Shown here: positions 59,624 to 64,000 of the stretch, in pieces
Numbering within the stretch: the first letter of the stretch is position 1
Layout: each line of letters begins with the position of its first letter
Assembly: GCA_963691875.1 (NCBI GenBank)
Contig: OY829846.1
Span: 192,001-256,000, forward strand
Source of the DNA: Aureliella sp.
Lineage (GTDB): Bacteria > Planctomycetota > Planctomycetia > Pirellulales > Pirellulaceae
DNA length: 64,000 nucleotides
Direction: 5' to 3'
Notes under the pieces: generated by a model
What the model saw: only the letters and a program-made list of their open reading frames with translations
What the model was told of the DNA's origin: nothing
Databases searched by the model: none
Translations under genes and position numbers: made by a program

Positions 59624-62551
59624 ATGAGTAATGTCTCCAAGAACAAAATTCTCCTCGTCGGATGGGACGCTGCGGATTGGAAGGTTATTGACCAATTGAT
59701 GAATGCGGGCCAAATGCCGGCCCTTAAAGGTTTGATGGAACGGGGAGCAAGCGGTAATCTACGAACGCTGCAGCCTCCATTGTCCCCGATGCTCTGGACC
59801 TCGATCGCGACCGGAAAACGTCCTCATAAGCATGGCATCTACGGATTCACGGAGCCGACCTTTGACGGCAAAGCAATTCAGCCGATGACAAATCTTTCTC
59901 GAAAGAGCAAAGCAGTTTGGAACATCCTGAATCAAAATTCATATCGGTCGCTTGTGGTCGGATGGTGGCCCAGCCACCCTGCTGAGCCAATCAATGGAGT
60001 CATGGTCTCCGACTTGTTTCATAAATCACCTAAGAAACCAGGTGATAATTGGACTCTTCCTTCGGCGAGTGTGCATCCTAGCGAGCGACAAAAAGATCTA
60101 GATGAACTTCGTGTCCACCCAACTGAAATTCGAGCGGATGATATTTTTGCCTTCGCTCCTCATGCAAAAGAGGTGGATCAAGAGAAAGATTCTCGGCTTT
60201 CGTCTTTAATGAAAATCACCGCAGAATGCAGTACAGTCCACAACACTGCAACCCATCTACTGGAAACCGAGGAATGGGATTTTGCTGCGATCTATTACGA
60301 TGCTATCGACCACTACAGCCACGCGTTCATGCGCTACCGCGCACCCCAGCAGGCTCATATTTCTGATAGCGATCATCGAATTTATCGCGATGTCGTGGAC
60401 ATGGGATATCGTCTACACGACATGATGCTACAGCAACTACTTACTTACACCGATGATCAGACCCACGTCTTGATCGTCTCCGATCACGGATTCCACTCCG
60501 ACCACCTACGCCCCGTTCACCTACCAGTCGAGGCCGCCGGTCCTGCGGCCGAACATCGTGACTATGGCATCATCGTTGCCGCTGGGCCTCGGATCAAGGC
60601 TGGCTCAGTCGTCAACGGTGCCAATTTGCTTGACATTACTCCCACACTTCTCGAGTTAGCAGAACTGCCTAGCGGCAGTGATATGGATGGTAAGGTCCTG
60701 ACCGATCTCTTCAAGGATCCTATCTCAACGAATGAAATCGCTACATGGGAAAGCGTATCTGGAGAGACGGGGCAACACGCATCAAGCACGACGCTTACGG
60801 AAGTCGACTCTGAGGCGATGCTAGAACAGCTTGAGGCTTTAGGTTACATCAACCGCCCGAAGGAAGGGTCAAGGGTTGAAGTCGAAGACTGTCAACTCGA
60901 GTTAAAAGTGAATTTAGCTCGAGCTTACATGGATGCGCAGTTGCATGGCGAAGCCGCCCCGATCCTATTTGAGATTTATCAAACATCGCTTTCCGATTTT
61001 CGAGTGGGGCATCTTCTTGCGACCTGCTTTATCGCGTTAAAGCAAACAGACAATCTATCTGCTTTGCTCCATGATATGAACGAGCGCACAAAAAAATACG
61101 CAGAGATTGCACGCAAGCGATTAGAGGAGCTTGATCCGGTTAAAAAAGAAAGAAGTCGATTCCTTGAAAGAGCGGAGGAGGTCGCACAACAGGAAAAAAT
61201 TGACAGTTCATCCACCGATGATGAGTGGAAGCCTCCAGGCCACCAAGGAATTTTCGATCAACGAGAGAAATGGCAAATCCAGCTTTTCGAAGCCTTTGCA
61301 GCGGGGGATAGATCGAAGCTGAGGTACTTTCAGGCATCGCTTCTGACGATGCAAGGGAAACCCGAGGAAGCTATCGCTCTATTAAAAACATCCCAGCACA
61401 CAGCCCAAGATCATATATCTTTCTTCTACCTACTGAGTCAGGCCTACCTCGATTCGGGCGAATTCAAGCATGCGGAAGCGACTTTGCTCCAAGGTTTAGA
61501 GATCGACCCACAGAATCCAGCTTGCTTCATTGCACTCGCTCGCTGCTATGTGAAGCAAAAGCTTCCACAAGATGCCATAAAAGTCGCAAACCGTGCTATC
61601 AAGCTTCAATACTATTTCCCGACAGCTCATTTCTATCTGGGCCGCGCACAAGAGATGCTTGGAGATTACTCTGCAGCAATCGAATCCATGGAAATGGCTA
61701 TCGAGCAGAATCCAAATTTCAAAGAAGCATTTAAAAGCATGGAGCGGATACACAAAAAGGCGGGCACCGTATCGGATGCTGCAGCGAATTGGAAAGAATT
61801 GCGTCAGCAATTCCTCGAAAACCAAAGCCCAGAAATCAAGGCGATCGAAAAGTACGAATTTAAAACGTTCTCAACCGATGAGCTAGACGTTCACCTCGAA
61901 TCATTCGCACAACAGAATGACAAGAATTCAAAATTCGTATCTGCTTTGTGGCGTGGTATCCCTGAGCCCGGAGATAAAGAGAACGGCGAGGAACCAGTGA
62001 TCGTCGTATCCGGCTTGCCTCGGACGGGTACGTCTATGATGATGCAAATGCTCCAAGCTGGAGGACTAACCGCAGTCACCGATGGCAAAAGAGTCCCGGA
62101 TGAGAGTAATCCCCGAGGTTACTTCGAGTCGGAGCTAGTCAAAGATATACAAACTCACAACAAATGGGTTTTTGATTGTGGGGGACGTGTTCTGAAAGTC
62201 GTTTCACCATTATTGCCGTATTTACCGAGTCGCTTGCACTACAAAATAATCTACATGCAGCGCCCTATGCAGCAGGTGTTGAGCTCGCAAACGCAAATGC
62301 TCAAGAAAATGAAACGTCAAACTGGCAAGAGCAGTGAATTGTTGGCTGAGAAATACAACCAACAAGAACGATATGCCGATTGGCTTTTGAAGGTACAGGA
62401 AATACCCACGCTCAAATTGGACTACGCGGAGGTTTTAGCTGACCCTGCGAAAGCCTCTGCGTCTTTGGAAACCTTCTTAGGGCAATCTCTAGACCGAGTT
62501 GCCATGGTAGAACAGGTGAAACCCGATCTACACAGGGAGAAGCAGGAGTAG
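59624..62551 (+). CDS. Alkaline-phosphatase-superfamily (NPP-like) plus TPR plus sulfotransferase fusion (975 aa)
   Basis: LVGWDAADW, LSPMLWTSIATG, DHYSH, VSDHGF, EQLEALGYI; TPR helices; VVSGLPRTGTSMMMQML (5'-PSB loop), NPRGYFE, IYMQRP...SQ; no signal peptide. Confidence 0.9.
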   Translation: MSNVSKNKILLVGWDAADWKVIDQLMNAGQMPALKGLMERGASGNLRTLQPPLSPMLWTSIATGKRPHKHGIYGFTEPTFDGKAIQPMTNLSRKSKAVWNILNQNSYRSLVVGWWPSHPAEPINGVMVSDLFHKSPKKPGDNWTLPSASVHPSERQKDLDELRVHPTEIRADDIFAFAPHAKEVDQEKDSRLSSLMKITAECSTVHNTATHLLETEEWDFAAIYYDAIDHYSHAFMRYRAPQQAHISDSDHRIYRDVVDMGYRLHDMMLQQLLTYTDDQTHVLIVSDHGFHSDHLRPVHLPVEAAGPAAEHRDYGIIVAAGPRIKAGSVVNGANLLDITPTLLELAELPSGSDMDGKVLTDLFKDPISTNEIATWESVSGETGQHASSTTLTEVDSEAMLEQLEALGYINRPKEGSRVEVEDCQLELKVNLARAYMDAQLHGEAAPILFEIYQTSLSDFRVGHLLATCFIALKQTDNLSALLHDMNERTKKYAEIARKRLEELDPVKKERSRFLERAEEVAQQEKIDSSSTDDEWKPPGHQGIFDQREKWQIQLFEAFAAGDRSKLRYFQASLLTMQGKPEEAIALLKTSQHTAQDHISFFYLLSQAYLDSGEFKHAEATLLQGLEIDPQNPACFIALARCYVKQKLPQDAIKVANRAIKLQYYFPTAHFYLGRAQEMLGDYSAAIESMEMAIEQNPNFKEAFKSMERIHKKAGTVSDAAANWKELRQQFLENQSPEIKAIEKYEFKTFSTDELDVHLESFAQQNDKNSKFVSALWRGIPEPGDKENGEEPVIVVSGLPRTGTSMMMQMLQAGGLTAVTDGKRVPDESNPRGYFESELVKDIQTHNKWVFDCGGRVLKVVSPLLPYLPSRLHYKIIYMQRPMQQVLSSQTQMLKKMKRQTGKSSELLAEKYNQQERYADWLLKVQEIPTLKLDYAEVLADPAKASASLETFLGQSLDRVAMVEQVKPDLHREKQE

Positions 62552-63009
62552 CTTCTTCTTTCGGCGTGACTTAGCAAGCAGACGTTCGATGGTGGTGTAT
62601 CGAGGTCGAGTCCTTGGGAGTGAGCCCTAAGCAGCATCCGATCCTCACACAATTCGAGCCGGTCGCCTAGATTCGTGAGCTGGTGGATAGGGGCGTTCAT
62701 GATAATGGTTGACACAACACAACTTGCTAATGGCTAACACACCACAACGTGCCCTGCGGGTACAAGTGAGGTCATTTCTGAAGAGAGTTCTATGCAAAAC
62801 TGCTGCAGTAATCGGTCTGGCGTCTGGAGAAAAACATTTATCTCGCCTTAATGTCGTCCCCGAGTTCGCATACGCTTGGCGAAGAAAACCCACTGCTCGG
62901 AAAATGATGTCAAGTTATGCACAGCAATAAGGTGGTAAAAAATCGCGTACTAACCCATATCTTACCCTTTTTGCCAATTTGTCGCGTGGGGGGTTGAGAT
63001 GGATAGCGG

Positions 63010-63081
63010 TGTGGCGTAAAATCGCCAAAATAGCGATGCTGTAGGCGTTAAATCGCCATATGTAGGCGTTAAATCGCCATA
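63010..63081. repeat. 21-bp tandem repeat with internal dyad, plus one degenerate copy
   Basis: TGTAGGCGTTAAATCGCCATA at 63040-63060 and 63061-63081; TGTGGCGTAAAATCGCCA from 63010. Confidence 0.9.
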
Positions 63082-63131
63082 TTTTGCTTCAACGTAAAAG
63101 CGTTCCCTTCTGAGCCAAGTGGATAAAACAA

Positions 63132-63743
63132 ATGAAAAGAGTAGTAAAAACATCGTTGGCTGGTTTCGGGGCAGCTCTTGCTGCAAATTATGCCTCTCCG
63201 GATTTGCAGGCGGGTGTCGTCGGAATCACGTTCAACCCAGGGCAAGCCTCCTGGACTAGTGGAAGCAATCTCAGATCGGTCACAGCCAAAACAACAGGGT
63301 CAGGTGCCGCACCGGTCGGTGGCTTTTCGGCGTGGAATGACAGCGCCGGCAAGTCATTCAGCTTTAATGGCCGCTTTGCCAGCTGGGCTGTCGCAGCTAA
63401 AGACGAAGTACTCAATACATCAAATTTCTCGGGGATAACGTCCGGCATCAAATTCACTACCGATGCAACTGGTACTGTATATTTTGGCTTCCGTGCGACG
63501 TCCGCAAATGGCGGCGGAGTTGGTTGGTTTGCGGCTGACTTAGGAGGAAAGCAGGGTGACATTATATACGGCGGCGCCCTGGTGGGATACGACGGGCAGT
63601 ACGGGAAGGAAGGGGTAAGTGTGACTGTCGGAGCAGAAAACAACAGTGGTGGAGGGGTTATCCCAGAGCCTAGCACGCTGGCTATGGCGACACTTGCCTT
63701 GGGTGCAGCTGGACTCCACAGACGTCGTAAAGCTGCTGCCTAA
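63132..63743 (+). CDS. PEP-CTERM sorting-domain surface protein
   Basis: N-terminal leader, Gly/Ser/Thr-rich body, C-terminal IPEPST + hydrophobic helix + HRRRK. Confidence 0.92.
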   Translation: MKRVVKTSLAGFGAALAANYASPDLQAGVVGITFNPGQASWTSGSNLRSVTAKTTGSGAAPVGGFSAWNDSAGKSFSFNGRFASWAVAAKDEVLNTSNFSGITSGIKFTTDATGTVYFGFRATSANGGGVGWFAADLGGKQGDIIYGGALVGYDGQYGKEGVSVTVGAENNSGGGVIPEPSTLAMATLALGAAGLHRRRKAAA

Positions 63744-63761
63744 TCGGTCGGTGTGAGATCG

Positions 63762-63830
63762 GAAAGACCACTTTGCTAATCATTTGCGGCTAGGCCGCAA
63801 GATGAACGATCGAAGTGGTCCTTTTTTTTA
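63762..63830 (+). terminator. Long hairpin terminator
   Basis: GACCACTTTG...CGAAGTGGTC enclosing TTGCGGC-TAG-GCCGCAA, followed by a T-run. Confidence 0.75.
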
Positions 63831-64000
63831 CCCACTGCTCGCCTCATTATGCGGTTTCATTTCGGCTTGTGGGTCACCCGAGGGGAGGAACAGCAACACC
63901 TTCTCTAATGAGCATTAAATAATCCTGCATGCTCAGAGCAGAGTCCGCACTGCCACGCAGTTGTCTTTTGTACCTCAGCCAGCCGTCGTTCTCATTCTTG

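Noticed and set aside
63010..63081. CRISPR array or sigma-54 promoter
   Set aside because: The copies are adjacent with no spacers and no cas genes; GG-to-GC spacing is 9 nt rather than 10.

Overview
This looks like 64 kb of a planctomycete (Pirellulaceae-like) chromosome. That is an inference from gene content: six sulfatase domains, DUF1552/DUF1592 genes, a MoxR-DUF58-BatA/VWA operon and a PEP-CTERM gene. The window opens in the 3' end of a tRNA-Pro. An eroded island region follows (to ~10.6 kb, probably further), with a degenerate copy of the tRNA 3' half, two integrase pseudogenes, sulfatases, a GntR regulator and several broken genes. The middle holds intact genes: an intradiol dioxygenase, a CE4 deacetylase, a transglutaminase-esterase fusion, the six-gene MoxR operon, hom, an apgM-like mutase, a YhaO/YhaN-like pair and an HTTM-like gene. 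The strongest hidden signal is at 43.36-45.01 kb, where the ORF track shows nothing coherent: a short leader ORF with a terminator, a tandem series of degenerate tRNA-like elements, then a broken ATP-dependent RNA-ligase gene. Together these read as a decayed tRNA-array/RNA-repair locus. The right end has three more sulfatases, a four-helix-bundle relic flanked by inverted repeats, TetR/SDR and HD-domain relics and an M1 aminopeptidase. It closes with an AlkP-TPR-sulfotransferase fusion next to a PEP-CTERM gene preceded by palindromic 21-bp tandem repeats. All calls come from reading motifs by eye; no searches were run.
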